This document shows, in pieces, positions 38,301 through 50,500 of a DNA stretch of 64,000 bases; position 1 is the stretch's first letter, and each line of letters starts with the position of its first letter. The notes below the pieces were generated by a model. That model saw only the letters and a program-made list of their open reading frames with translations. It had not been told where the DNA came from and made no database searches. The DNA comes from Oculina patagonica. Lineage: Eukaryota. A program made the translations under genes and the position numbers. The stretch spans positions 3,906,001-3,970,000 of the forward strand of contig NC_135767.1 in the NCBI RefSeq assembly GCF_052425735.1, written 5' to 3'.

Positions 38301-39705
38301 TGTCCGTAATAGAGGCAGCCTCTATTTGAGAGGTGTCCCTATAGAGAGGTTAGATTTTTGAGAGGTGTCCCTACAGAGAGGTTAGATTGTAATCTATCAC
38401 CTCTGATCTAATACAGTCCATTTGATATTTTAAGAAAAAATATTTTGAGAAGAGTTATTGAGTTGTTGACCTCACTTTTTTGGCAGGTTTCTGTTTGTTT
38501 TATGCAGTTCATGGTGTCTTGAGGGAGAGAGAATTTGAGCTGTATGCTTATATTGTGGGAATCCTTGTGCTATTGTGTTATTTTACTATTGACCTCATTG
38601 TCAATGAAAAAAGAACTCCACTGAAATGGGTGAGTACAGTGTACATATATAGAGGATAATACATGGTTGCGCAGAAATATAAAATGTATCCTGGAGTGTT
38701 CAAATTGATAATGAGATATCGATTTGAACACACCAGAAGATAACTTTCGTATCTCCAGGCAACCATCTATTATTCTGTTTGTCATATAGACCTACTACTT
38801 ACGATGTTTTTGACGATTTTCTGAAGATTTCCGACCATTTTCTGAAAATTTCCGAATATTTTCAAAATGTCGTCCAAAGGTCATATGAATGTTTCTGAAC
38901 ATTTCCGGACTTTTCTGAAGATTTCCAAAGATTGTTGAAGATTTCCAAGAAAGATCTGAAGATGCTTCGACTTAATATTGATTAACTTTGGCTCATTCAG
39001 TATTGAATCAGGGCAAACTTGTCGGGAAATGTTTTGAAATCGATATCTTCACATGTGAAGATAACATGTTATTCTCACTTGTGTAGACATGATTTTTTTG
39101 CGTGAAAGATTATCTGGTATTTCATTGGTGTTTGTTTAATAAAGAGTAGTTTGACGCTCCTACCTTTTTACAATTTCTAGTTCTAATGACAAATAAAAGC
39201 AAACTTTTTTCTTAATTTCTCCTGGTTCTCGCCATCTTGGGAATCCTGCTTCCTGCATTTTCTCTCCCACCCCCCATAACCCGCTCACCCCTATTTTCCC
39301 AGGCTAAGGAATTCTAGCCATAAACTTTTACTTAGCTATCCACTTTTTAAATCAAAAGCCACACTAGGTGACTGTTCTTTTACCTGTGCTGTACCGAAAC
39401 TTTGGAACGCGCTTCCATTTGACATAAGAAGTGCCAGCACTGTTAGTATTTTTAAAGCTAAGCTAAAAACACACCTTTTTCGTCATGAATTTTTATCATA
39501 GTTGTTTTTAAATCTGTATTCTACTTTTAATAGTTGTAATTTTAGCTTTTTAAACTCATTGTAAGTTTATCTTAAATTGCACTTATAGCTTTTTAAAATC
39601 ATTATAAGTTTACTCTTAATTGTAATTTTAGTTTTTAGCTTTTTTATTCCATTTTTAATCTTGTAATGCGCATTTGAACATTTTATGAAATCTGCGCACT
39701 ATAAA

Positions 39706-39744
<39 letters not shown>

Positions 39745-42700
39745 GTAAAAATGTAATTTTATTTTAAAATGTAATTTATTTACCCACGTAACACTGAAGA
39801 ACTTAGAGCTCGTTGAGACATGTACGTGCATCGTAGATCAAATTGGAATTTGGAGTGTTGGTTTTTGTTAAGATTTCCAAATCCTATCTCCCTCCACTTC
39901 AATTTACTGTATTTGTACATATTAATTTTTGTTTCAACAGGCTAGGTTTGGAGTGATGATATGTCTTGGTCCTGCAAACATTTATTATGGTATCAAGGTT
40001 GCTCAAGACTTTGGTTATTTAGCCTTCAAGACTGTTGGAGCAGCAGAGGAATTACACAGTACGTGAGTTCTATTAGACAGTTCCAACAGTAAGCTAACAC
40101 AGTAGAGGTCTCTTTCCTTTTTCTCTGATGATATCATTCATTCTCATCCCTAAAGCTGCTTGTCTTGTCCCTCTTAGCCGGCTGAGGCTGGGGCACAAGG
40201 AACAAGTGGCTCTGGGACGCATGATTTGATTGGCTAGATGCTCAACAAGGGAAATTTAATTTGGCAAATCAAATCAACCGTTTTAAATTCCCTCTAACCA
40301 ATTAAATCATGTGTCCCCAGAGCCACTTGTTCCTCTTGCCTCAGGCTCTGCCGGCTAAGAGGGACAAGCTTTACTGTTGGAACAAATTAATCAAGCGTCT
40401 CTGGGGATGAGAATGGATATCATTGTCAAGAAGGCTACCTCATCCAAGTACTATTTTTAGCTGGTAAACTTCTACAAATTTGACCATGGGCTGATTTTAT
40501 TTAAAACTAATCCAAGTTGTATGATAAAAAATTCAAGAATTAATTTATATATTTGTCAGGACAACCTTTCTCTTGTTAAACAAAAAAGAGTTTTGTATGA
40601 AAAAAGGGGATGGTATATTTTAAGCTTGGAGGAAAAAAAATGAGGAAGGTATTATTCAGTAAGGAACACAAGCTACTTGGAAAAAATTTCTGAGTAGCTT
40701 GTGTCACTGACTGAATAATATTTTCCTCAAAAAAGAGATTGAATTGATTGAAGGAAAGAACAAAAGAACAATTGCAAGTACAAAAAAAAAATGTAGGAAC
40801 AAGAAAGCAAGGAAGAAGAGAGGGAGAGAGGGCAGAAGGAAGGGAGAGTAATAAGAGGAGGGAGGCCAAAGGAGGGAATAGAAGCAGGGGGGGGGGGTTA
40901 TTATAATGTTCTGTTTCTTCCTATTTACCGTTTTGTTTTCAGAAATGTACAGGAATGCTGGGATGTACTCATGTCTTCTTAAATTCGACTTTCAACTTGC
41001 GGTGAGTTTGTTTTGATAGGTTGCGCAAAGGCTGTTTTAGAAGAACTCAATGTGCCTGACAATTCATCACTGCTGGCACTTAAGCTTTTGTCCCTATAAA
41101 TTCCTTGGGTAATGCCTGCCTGTAAAAGGAAGGCGCTTGTATTTTTTTTTTTTTTTTTGGAGGGGGGAGGGGATGCAGCTAACATTTTCAACAGGTGGAA
41201 TTTTATCGATAATGCATGTTTGGGTAGGCGCAGGTTTAAATTAACTGTGTGTTGAATTTATGACAAAGAATAATTAAAACCATTTTTTCGATAATTTTTG
41301 TTTTCATACTCTTAATATTTGACCAAAAATACCGGTAAGATAACTACCAGTATAAGCATAGAAGTACACACATTTTTAATATTACTTTAGGGCTTCTGAT
41401 AATTATTACATGTATACCTTTCACAGCCCAATTTTATGCACACTTTTGCATCAAATCACTTTATTCATAAATACATATCGTTCACACATGAATTTCTACT
41501 TTCTTTATAAATCAAACACTAATTCTAATCAATCAAAAGAGATGATGTTGATAACTATTGCCAATGAATTATAAAACATAATTTTGAATGTATACAAATC
41601 CATCCCCTCTACAGATCAGTTTGTCTGTGTTCGTAATCATGAATGTTACAGATCTGGAACTGAAAGACAAAGTCACAGTTGGTGTCGGCATTCCATTCCA
41701 ACTTGCTTGGAGCATCTTGGGTTGGTTTGCGGTAAGTTTCACCTTGTTCAAAATAGTTTTAATAGTTTTTTTTTTCCTTAGTGGCCATTTGGCCACCAAC
41801 TGCTCAACTTTGGTTACCAGTGAAAAATTTTAGTTGCTAAATTAAGCTCATGCTTTCAATCCTTCTCCTCAATTTAAGTCGCCAGGCTGGCGACTTCAGT
41901 TCCAATTTAGTCGCCACCCCATAATTTTAGTTGCCATGGTGACTAAAATGGTCTTAACTTGGAAGGTTGAATGGACCTTAACCCTGTCTTTGGGATGTGT
42001 GAAAATAGATCTGAATTATTAGATGTTTTATTTTGTAGTATCCTACTTTATTTGTTACGTGTTTTTAGTATTTTCATTATGCCAGTGAAATTACAAATTA
42101 ATGTGAAGTAGTGGCTAAGAGTAGCTGAAGATACATGTGAGTCTTGGTGTGCAGAATGTCTAGTCTTCAGTAGGCTCACTATTTTATTTTTTTAGATGAG
42201 GAGAGAGTTAATGATCCTTGTGCAGATATTTATCCCTTTCAGTGTGGTGGAGCCTGCTTACTTAATCTACAGAATTAGTAAGGTTTGTCTGCCGACAGTC
42301 TTGTGTTTATTGGAGCGAAGTGACAGAAGCTGAGTCCAAATTGTTTTTAAGTTATTGTCTAGTGATGTAAGCACACCGTGTAATCTGAAGCCTTGCTTTA
42401 TATTGGTCAAACCTTAAACCCCAAAAAGGGATGAAAAATGAAAGCAGTATTGTATACCTCAGCCAACTTTCACGCCTTAGTGGCAAGTCCCATGCCTGCG
42501 AGTTGAAAACTTTGATCTCACGCCAACTCATGCTTAAAAACCAATTTCTCGCATCAAGTTGAAAAATGTGAGATATTACAACCACAACTGACACACTTTC
42601 CAAAAAAATGTAAACTCAAAGCAATGCGAGAAATGAAAATGCCGTCTAAAGTGAGTAAATGATGGTATTTCCCCATGCCAGAAATCTTAGAGTTTTGACA

Positions 42701-43845
42701 AGAAATGCATTGGGAACGAGGTGTGTTTAGCAAAACACGTCCTTGGACTGGAACCGGGATACATTTGGACATCTTTGGAAAACTTCAGACGTGGTCGTGT
42801 TGTCTTTGAAAATCCTGGCACTTTTAGGATAAAAATCTCATGCCTTGTTACTGTTTAATTTACTGTTTAATTGCAGGTGGCATCAAATTGGGATAAAAGC
42901 ATTGCTGATAATAAAGATGTTCTTGTTTACTCCTTTCTTGGAGCAGGTTTGTTTTAATTTTGCTTTCATTTAATAGATGCCTGATTTTAGTAAGTCTCTA
43001 GTGATTTAAGGGATTAGTTGCCACTAAAGAACCTGTTAAATAACAATTATTGTGCTTTTTTAATGGGCAATTTAAATCACACTGCTGTAAGTCATGTACG
43101 TTCGTTATGAAAACTTTATGACTCTTCTTACTTATATTTAGGGGAAAAATGGAGGGGGAAGTGTTCAACTCCCCCCACCCCCAATCTTCTCTCCAACGGT
43201 CGGCTGGTTTGGTGTTTTTGAATCTGAAATGGGCCTGCTCCACGAGATTTCCCCATAAATCCACCATAACAATTATTAATATTTACATGCATTGACTGAT
43301 TTGACAGGACAAATCTGACTAACAATGGAATTTTGTTCTTGAATATACCGGTCTGGCTGGCCAGTTCTAACAAATGGAAACTGCTCTTAGATCCACTGCT
43401 GGTCTTGCCCTTTGCTTTATTTTTATATTCAGTGTTTTTTCCTAGCATCTTTGGCCTTCATTGTAAGAGTGCTGGTGTTGGTGACCTTGAAGTTTGTTGT
43501 GAGCAACTTTGGAAAAGGACTCAAGGAAACTGGTAGGTAAAACACTTAAACCTGTTTAATGTGGATGGTACTTTGACTGGGGGGGAGGCACTCCCATATA
43601 TGATCATCAAGCATTTCCTTATATTTTCTGCCTTATGCAATGTGTTTTCAACCTGTTTCCTTTCTAGTTCAGTTCTTAACAAATTTAGCTTATCATCTGC
43701 AGTTTTTTTTGCTGCCAGATCTATCATCCTCCTTTATTTTTCAGTGTTTAACTTGCCTGTAACTGGAGACGAGCCCCCACTATTTCCAAGAAAGAGGAAC
43801 ACAGCTAAGTGTTGTGGAATAGTCTTCTGCGGACCCCTGGGATGA
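35326..43845 (+). CDS. Uncharacterised multipass membrane protein, UPF0658-like (about 350 aa)
   Basis: Exons 35326-35436, 37594-37753, 38487-38629, 39941-40058, 40943-41001, 41615-41731, 42196-42282, 42877-42946, 43446-43532, 43745-43845; GT-AG with consistent phases, 1053 nt. Motifs HGVLREREFEL, DFGYLAFKTVGA, LLKFDFQL, NFGKGLKE resemble fungal UPF0658 proteins. The gene model is firmer than the family name. Confidence 0.8.
35845..35970 (+). mobile_element. tRNA-derived SINE 5' fragment
   Basis: GTGGCCTAGTG A-box-like and GGTTTGAGCCC B-box-like motifs, followed by the body shared with other copies. Confidence 0.65.
37862..38389. mobile_element. Tc1/mariner(pogo)-type MITE
   Basis: TA-CAATTGAACCTCTCTAATACGGACAC ... 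GTGTCCCTACAGAGAGGTTAGATTG-TA; repeated GTCCGTA.TAGAGAGG. Confidence 0.7.
39335..39744 (+). mobile_element. 3' end of an L2-clade LINE, 5'-truncated
   Basis: Translates as KATLGDCSFTCAVPKLWNALPFDIRSASTVSIFKAKLKTHLF, a typical L2 ORF2 C-terminus; then a T-rich 3'UTR and a (TTA)n tail. Confidence 0.85.
40139..40415. mobile_element. Foldback MITE with a 9-bp TSD
   Basis: TIRs CATTCTCATCCC/GGGATGAGAATG; TSD GATATCATT (40130-40138, 40416-40424); long internal inverted arms. Confidence 0.8.
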
Positions 43846-45180
43846 AAGCAGTAGCAGGAGCTTTTGCCTACTAACGCTTAATATTGAATATGTTATAACA
43901 GTAGGGAAAGCCACAATGCCTTGCGACACTCCAGCTTCTGCAAACTTTTGATATTTGTTTTCAATTTCCCCTCTCCACCTCCTGTACAATGTTTATTTTT
44001 ATCCATCTGACTGTGTTACATAATATCTACCTTATTGTTACTTGTTTTCATGGAAACTTAATTTTGCAAAAATGGAATGGGCATATTTCGCAGGACTTAA
44101 TTTTTGCGATTTGGCCAAAAAATATGTTTAAATCATTAAAATACAATAGAAAACATTAAAAATAATTTTTTCGCGGGTTTTTAATTTCGCAATTTTTTAA
44201 AAATCACGAAAATTGCAAAATTTCAGTCCCACCAAAATAAGTAACAATAAGGTAACTGGCATGTTTTTTTTAGTGAGGGGTTTGGAAAATTGAATAATGG
44301 CTTTTCCCTCTTAAAGACTTTGTTACTTGGTGGTATTTTTTTAAGTGTACCAAGGACTTTTAACTGGCATTAAATGTAGTTTATAAATTAAAGGAGTATT
44401 ATAATAAATTATAATAAATATTAACACATCAACTTGAAGTTGACAAGTTAAGTTACCAGTGTGGAAAACATTAAAATGTCAGAGCTCTTTAAAGCTGGGC
44501 ACCAGAGCTATTATCTACTATATTTGCCTGCCAGTGCATCACTGATTATAGTTTCTGCAAATTAAAAGTAGTTATTAAGTTTTTGTTTTGCTCAAACAGT
44601 GCTTTGAGAGTTTGAGATAGTTTTCTAAGGCATTTAAGAAAAAGAATCTATACTCAGCAAAACAGATAGCTGCATGCATGAGGCATGCATGATATTGAAT
44701 AGGAAAACATTTTGAGACAGGCTTAAAAGGCTCACTCCTCCCCAGTCATCTTTTAAGTCCATCTTGAGTATAGACGACTGGATGAAACTGAACACAGAGG
44801 GAATCATGGGAAGGAAAAAGAGAATAGCTAGCATTTCCTCCTTCCCATCATCCTTTGCGTCTTGCAATTTTTGCATAAGAGATGACTGGGGACGAGTCAG
44901 CTAAAAAGGTGTGTTAAATGTCTCAAAAGTTGGTTTATAAGCAAGACATTCTTTAGGTTTAAGTTCTGTTTGAATTCCTGTTAATGAGGAAACCCTGTTT
45001 CTACATAAATTTACGGATTACGTAGTCTCAGTTTTTACCACGTAGGAGCACCAAAACACCTATGACTGGAAACAGATATGATATGCTTATAGTTGTCAAT
45101 ATCTTTAATATTCTGAAATTAGTCCATGAAAAATTAATTTGAAAATTTAAATTTCAAGAAAAGGTAAACTGCAATAATGT

Positions 45181-45525
45181 GGAAGGTGCGGTGGCCTATT
45201 GGTTAGTGTGCTGGACTCCGAATGAAGCAGTCCAGGTTCCAGGGGGAAGTAGAAATATACTCCTATGCTAGCTGTTTCATGCTATAGAAACCAGGTTAAC
45301 AGGGTTGTCAGTGGGTTTTTGAGTAGCAAGTTCCATCCAAAAAGTAGGGGGCTACGAAACACTCAGAACTTGATAACACACACTCAGAACTGACCTACTT
45401 TATTATATAACTTATATTTCAAGTAGCCAGCGCAGTATTTGGAATAGCCGGTGAAATGTGCCGGTTGCTGGCTTATTTTGACAACCCTGGGTTAAGCTCT
45501 AGGCTCATGTGCAGACTTAACCTTT
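45181..45525 (+). mobile_element. tRNA-derived SINE remnant interrupted by a MITE at 45300-45489
   Basis: GGTGGCCTATTGGTTAGTGTGCTGGACTCC head; inner TIRs CAGGGTTGTCA/TGACAACCCTG with GGTTAA on both sides. Confidence 0.7.
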
Positions 45526-46181
45526 TTCCAAATTGAAATATTATAATTGTACTTTGATTTTTAGATGTTTTGTTAAAGTGACAGTGTTATGTACAGTTGA
45601 TATAGATGCATATTTTTGTTTACAGTTGATTTTATAATTTATTTCATACAAAAGCACAGTTTTTAAATATTTAGCATACCAGTAGATATAGCTAGTTAAC
45701 TTAATAGCTGACTAATATTAAATTTCTTTTTTGTATCAGATACAAATTAATTAAAATATTTCATTAATAACTATTATGTCATAAATGTATGACAGACGTT
45801 ACAAAATACTGGTAATATTGTGCCATTAAGGTATAAGAAACAAAATAATAATAACATTGTTTAGTAAGAGTACATAAGAATAATTATTATCCTAATGTAT
45901 GTTATTTTAGAGTGATGTGTTCATCTTTGTTGTATATCTAAACATAGTTAGTAGAGGACTAACTATGATCTAAAGTTGCAACATTGCCAAAAGTAAACTT
46001 GCAAAATGGTTTAAACTATAACTCGTTTATATGAGTTTATTCTGAAAGATTTTAAGTCTTAAATTACATGACAGGTAAAGTTTCTCGAAGCCCGCACTTT
46101 ATAACCTGTGGTTACCCCTAGTATTGTATGCTAGCCTGAATTTCAGAGGCCTTCTCTTGATCTGGTTGCGCTTCCTCCTAA

Positions 46182-46929
46182 GGGCCTGTTTACATGGAAG
46201 GCGGGTGCCCCGGCTAACCGAGTTACCCGGCTAACCGAGCTACCCTGGGGGAGCCAACTTTTCATACGTTTCTTAAGAAAACGTACTGAAGCCTTTACAT
46301 GCTAGAAGGGTAACCCGCCTTGCCGGGGCACTCGGTCTACTTGCCCGGGGCACCCTTCTAGGCGGGACAGCTTTTTGCCATGTAAACGGTTATGACCGAG
46401 CTATCCCGGCTTGCCGGGATAAGTTTTCGCGCTTGTTTTTGAACTAAATTTTAAGTAAATGGCATAAAATGTATATATTCTGGACCCAAACAGTGCTATT
46501 TGATCAAAATTAGTTTTATGGGTCGGCTGGAAAATATTTCTTTGAGCAACAGCTAATTAATTCGAAATTTTCGTGGGAATGATTATCCTAATTCACGACA
46601 CAACAAATTTAATTTCAATTTGACAGCCAAATACTGTTAAATTTCGATTGAATTTCGCCAAAAATGAACGCAGTAAATTTCTGAGAACTTGCACATCAAA
46701 TTAAAATAGGTTTGAAGACGAAAAGTCTTGATTATTCAGTAAAAAGTCATATTTTTCTTCAATCATTTGGAGCTACAATGTTTTTCCACGCCGTGTCACG
46801 CTTCAATGACGCTGTCTCATCTCAGGTAGAAGGGCTGTGAATTCTGCATGTAAAGGCGGGCTATGTTTCATCCCTTCTAGCCGGGTAACTCGGTTAGCCG
46901 GGGCACCCTCCCTCCATGTAAACAGGCCC
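46182..46929. mobile_element. PIF/Harbinger-type non-autonomous element nested in a small TA-flanked MITE (46132-46968)
   Basis: About 50-bp TIRs starting GGGCCTGTTTACATGGA, TAA TSD; host element TIRs TAGCCTGAATTTCAG/CTGAAATTTAGGCTA. Confidence 0.9.
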
Positions 46930-47383
46930 TAAGAAAGCCACCAGAAAAAACGGCTGAAATTTAGGCTAATTATATGCCAGGTCCTTGAGCTTGTGCTCAA
47001 ATCTTGGCTGTCAGCATCGAGAAGAATGTTTTTTTTTTTTTCAACATTGCTCATCAATAATAAGAGTGGTTGCTGCATGAACGATTTGGTTAATAATTTA
47101 ATAAAAGATAAAGTGACGACTGTTGCATGGTTCCCCTCTTTTACTTGCCTGCGTTCTTTTTATTTTATTTGTCTTGTCGCTGTGTGATAAATGCAGAGCA
47201 GCAGACTTGCAGAAATTTTTTAAGTATGTATCATGTTTTCATGATATTTACCTTTTTGAGAGCTTAAAACATTAATAACCGGAGCATTATTTAGGTTAAC
47301 CATGTACCAGGGACTTCTGACAGGCTAACTGGAGCGCTTTTCAGGCTAACAAGAGTAAAAAAGTATAATAAAGTTCTCACTAA

Positions 47384-47633
47384 AGGCCTGGCAAAACTAG
47401 GAAACATGTTTCCCGAAACATTTGTAGCGCGCGCATGTTTCCCTAATGTTTCCCAGTTTTGCCACACGGGAAGCATTGTTTCAAGCGCCAATTTTGCTTC
47501 CAGGAAGCAAAATTTGCTTCTGCTACACATCAAAAACATTTCGTGTTTCCGCGCGGCATGGAAACATGGCAAAACGAGGAAACAATTATGGAAACATGTT
47601 TCTGGAAACATGTTTCCTCGTTTTGCCGGGCCT
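47384..47633. mobile_element. PIF/Harbinger-type MITE, copy 2
   Basis: TIRs AGGCCTGGCAAAAC/GTTTTGCCGGGCCT; TAA TSD; matches 10502-10765. Confidence 0.9.
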
Positions 47634-47664
47634 TAAATGAGTTGAAAGTGCTTTTAAAATAGTT

Positions 47665-49330
47665 TAAAGTTCCAGACGTTTCGGGCTTAGCCCTTCATCA
47701 GTGGAAAGTCAGGATTTCAGTTGAAAACGCTCGCTTGCGCCATGAAAACAAATTTGAGTTCAAAGGCGCGCGCGCGATAAGAGCGCGCGACAACCTAAAG
47801 ATAGCGAAAATCTGAATTCAGACCATGTGGCTGACTGGTGCCCAGCTGGAAAGTAAGGCGCATTTCCTGGCGTTTGCGTAGTTTATTTCCGCCGCAGAGC
47901 ATGACGCCTCGGACTTGTGCGTCTTGCAGGGCGTGTCCGTTTGCATTAAAATGCTCTGCGACAGGAAATCCCGGCAGGTTCTTCTCAATGCTGCGGAGAT
48001 GCTCACCGAAGCGTTCTCTTAATGTCCGGCCTATCTCGCCGATGTAGATGGCGGAGCAACGGCGGCAAGAGATGGCATATACCAAGCCAGATGATTGACA
48101 GGTGAACGCATCCTTGATGTTAATTGAGCATTGGGGACCCTGTAGGGTGCTGTCACGAGAAATGTAATCGCAAGTGCGACAGCGGTTGTGGGTGCAAGGC
48201 GAGGTTCCCACGTGAGGGCCAGGTTGGTTACGGTCGGCGGTGTACACTAAGTTGTCTCGGACGTTGCGATCGCGGCGATACGCTACCAGCGGCGGCTGAG
48301 GAAAGATTTCTTTCGTCTGTGGATCGCCAGATAGGATGCTGAAGTTGCTCACGAGGATCCGCTTGATTCTTTCACTTAAAGGATGGTATGTGAGAACCAA
48401 GGGAATTCGACTGAGGTCTCTACTTTCGGAGTCTTGATGTTTGATGATGTCATCACGGTTGACTCGTTGAATTGCGTCCAGGTCACGCTGTAGAGAGGAG
48501 GCACAGTATCCACGTTGAACGAAAAAAGAAATCATTTCCTTGCCTTTCTCCAGAAAATCGGAGTCGTCAGAGCACAGACGCCGAAGTCTAAGAAGTTGAC
48601 CACGGGGGAGACCATCCTTGCAGTGCCGAGGATGCGAAGATTGTTTGTGAAGATAGCTGTGCGTGTCTGTGACCTTGTAGTGGATGGAAGTGCTGATGTG
48701 ATCATTTGTAATGGGAAGATTAATGTCCAGGAAGGAGATGTCAGAAGCAGAAATTGCGTGCGTAAACTGAAGGGCAGGGTGGAAGTTGGACACAAAGTTA
48801 ATGTAGTTGTCAAGCTCCAAGCGGCTACAACAAGCAACTCCAAGTACATCGTCGATGACCCGCTTGTGGAGTTGGGGTACAAAGCTGGTGCACTGCCGTG
48901 CGATTTGTTCCTCGATATAGCCCACAAATAAACACGCATAGTTGGGGCCCATCTTGCTGCCCATGGCGACTCCTCCCGTTTGTTTGTAAAATTCGCCATT
49001 GAAGGTGAAAGCATTGAGAGTCAGCACAAGTTCGGCAAGACGGGTTAAAGTAGAAGTAGGTGGGTGGAGAACTGTACGCTTGTCGAGGAAGTAGGCTAAA
49101 GCTTCGAGGCCGCTGTTGTTGGGGATAACAGTGTACAAAGATTTTATGTCCATGGTGTATAAGAAGCGTTCGCCGGTCATGGTGTCATCGAAACGGAAAT
49201 CATTGATGATGCTGAGCGCGTGGTTGGTGTCCTTTACGTAGGTTTCAAGGTCACGAACGAGGGGGCACATGATCCGGTCTAAGTACGAGGCAATGTTCTC
49301 AGTTGGACAGTTGCACGCTGAGACGATTGA
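47665..49330 (-). mobile_element. Penelope-like retroelement (RT + GIY-YIG endonuclease), 5'-truncated
   Basis: ORF to stop at 47795 with RT motifs MDIKSLYTVIP, GVAMGSKMGPNYACLF, xIDD, FLD and the GIY-YIG motif LVYAISC..C..IYIGE.GR.L.ERF.EH, plus GLN near the C-terminus; homology begins at IVSACNCPTE, about 49330. Confidence 0.93.
47670..47706 (-). ncRNA. Minimal type I hammerhead ribozyme at the 3' end of the Penelope element
   Basis: Minus strand reads UUCCA-CUGAUGA-A-GGGC-UAA-GCCC-GAAAC-GUC-UGGAA: both core boxes, stem II GGGC/GCCC, stem I UUCCA/UGGAA, GUC cleavage triplet. Confidence 0.85.
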
Positions 49331-49720
49331 GTAAACAAGAGTAAAGCCTGCCAGCCTGCAGCCTGAATTTGTCACACTAGACACTCGTTGGTGTCGTCAC
49401 CCAATCTCTCCTTCTGACCGGAAGAAGGTTTGCCACGTTTTACATTCACAAACTTTAGAAAAATAATATAGGCAAACCTCCATTACTAGATTCCTCCTGC
49501 CCATGGATGAAAAAGTCTCAGTAGAAAATATAATGGTCCCAGCCACAAATAAACACAACATTTAATAATTTTTTCACAGCCTCCCAGAAGCCGATACCTC
49601 TACTAAGCAACCACTTTCAGTAGGTTGACTCAACATTTTTCTTGCAGTTTTAGTTATTATGATTCTTGCAATAGGCTTGAGTTTGTGAACTAAATACAAG
49701 AAGTCTCAGCCAGTACAGTC

Positions 49721-50147
49721 CCCGGGGGAGGGGGGGGGGGTACTCAAAAAAGTTTTATACGGGGAGGCTCCGCCCCAAGTGCTAACCCCTTACCCTTTTA
49801 TATACCATTTTTGACAGAAATTGTACCCCTTTTGTATACCTTTAACTGAAAAAAGGTACCCCTTTCATATACCTAAGAGACATGGCGTGGACTTAAAATA
49901 GGACGTTTTCTTGTCATTTTTTTGTAGGGCTTAATAAATTAAAATAATACAGCCATAAATTGCGTCTGTTCGAAATATTTTAATTAAAGGCCCTTTTAAA
50001 TAGCCAAATGACAGATTTCCATACCCTTTCATATACTTAAACTTGTGAAATCCCTACCCTTTTATATACCTGAAGCCTGAAAAAGGTACCCCTTTCGGGC
50101 GGAGCCTCCCCGTATAGGCCATTATAGGGAGTACCCCCCCCCCCGGG
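49721..50147. mobile_element. MITE with CCCGGG/poly-G termini
   Basis: CCCGGGGG..GGTACTC / GAGTACCCC..CCCGGG; inner TATACGGGGAGGCTCCGCCC inverted pair; 8-bp TSD GTACAGTC (49713-49720, 50148-50155). Confidence 0.9.
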
Positions 50148-50500
50148 GTACAGTCACTGTACAGTGCAGTACTAAACTTAAAAAAAAAAAACCATCACAC
50201 CTTCCACAAGTCATCAAATGATACAATTTCATTTTGATGCTTAGTGGTTTATTATCCTTTTTTCACACATCTTTAAAAATATTAATTAGTCTTATCACAA
50301 TTTTTCTAAAGCGAAATATAACCAAGAGAGGATAGCTCGTCACGCAAGAATAAATATTGCGTGACGCGCCTCTGCAGGAATGCGGCAGCCTGGAAACGAA
50401 GTCTATTCTGGCGGACATTTTGAAAGTTCAAGCCGTTTGACTCCTTTGTGCAGTGTTTGTGATTGCTTCACAGGACGTCGTTTGACAATAACGCCATTTA

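Noticed and set aside
45181-45240. tRNA gene
   Set aside because: Only degenerate A/B-box-like motifs followed by SINE body; no complete cloverleaf.
49331-49384. Start of the 529-aa ORF as the true Penelope start
   Set aside because: The first ~18 codons are flanking DNA read through the 5' truncation point; the RT N-terminus is missing.
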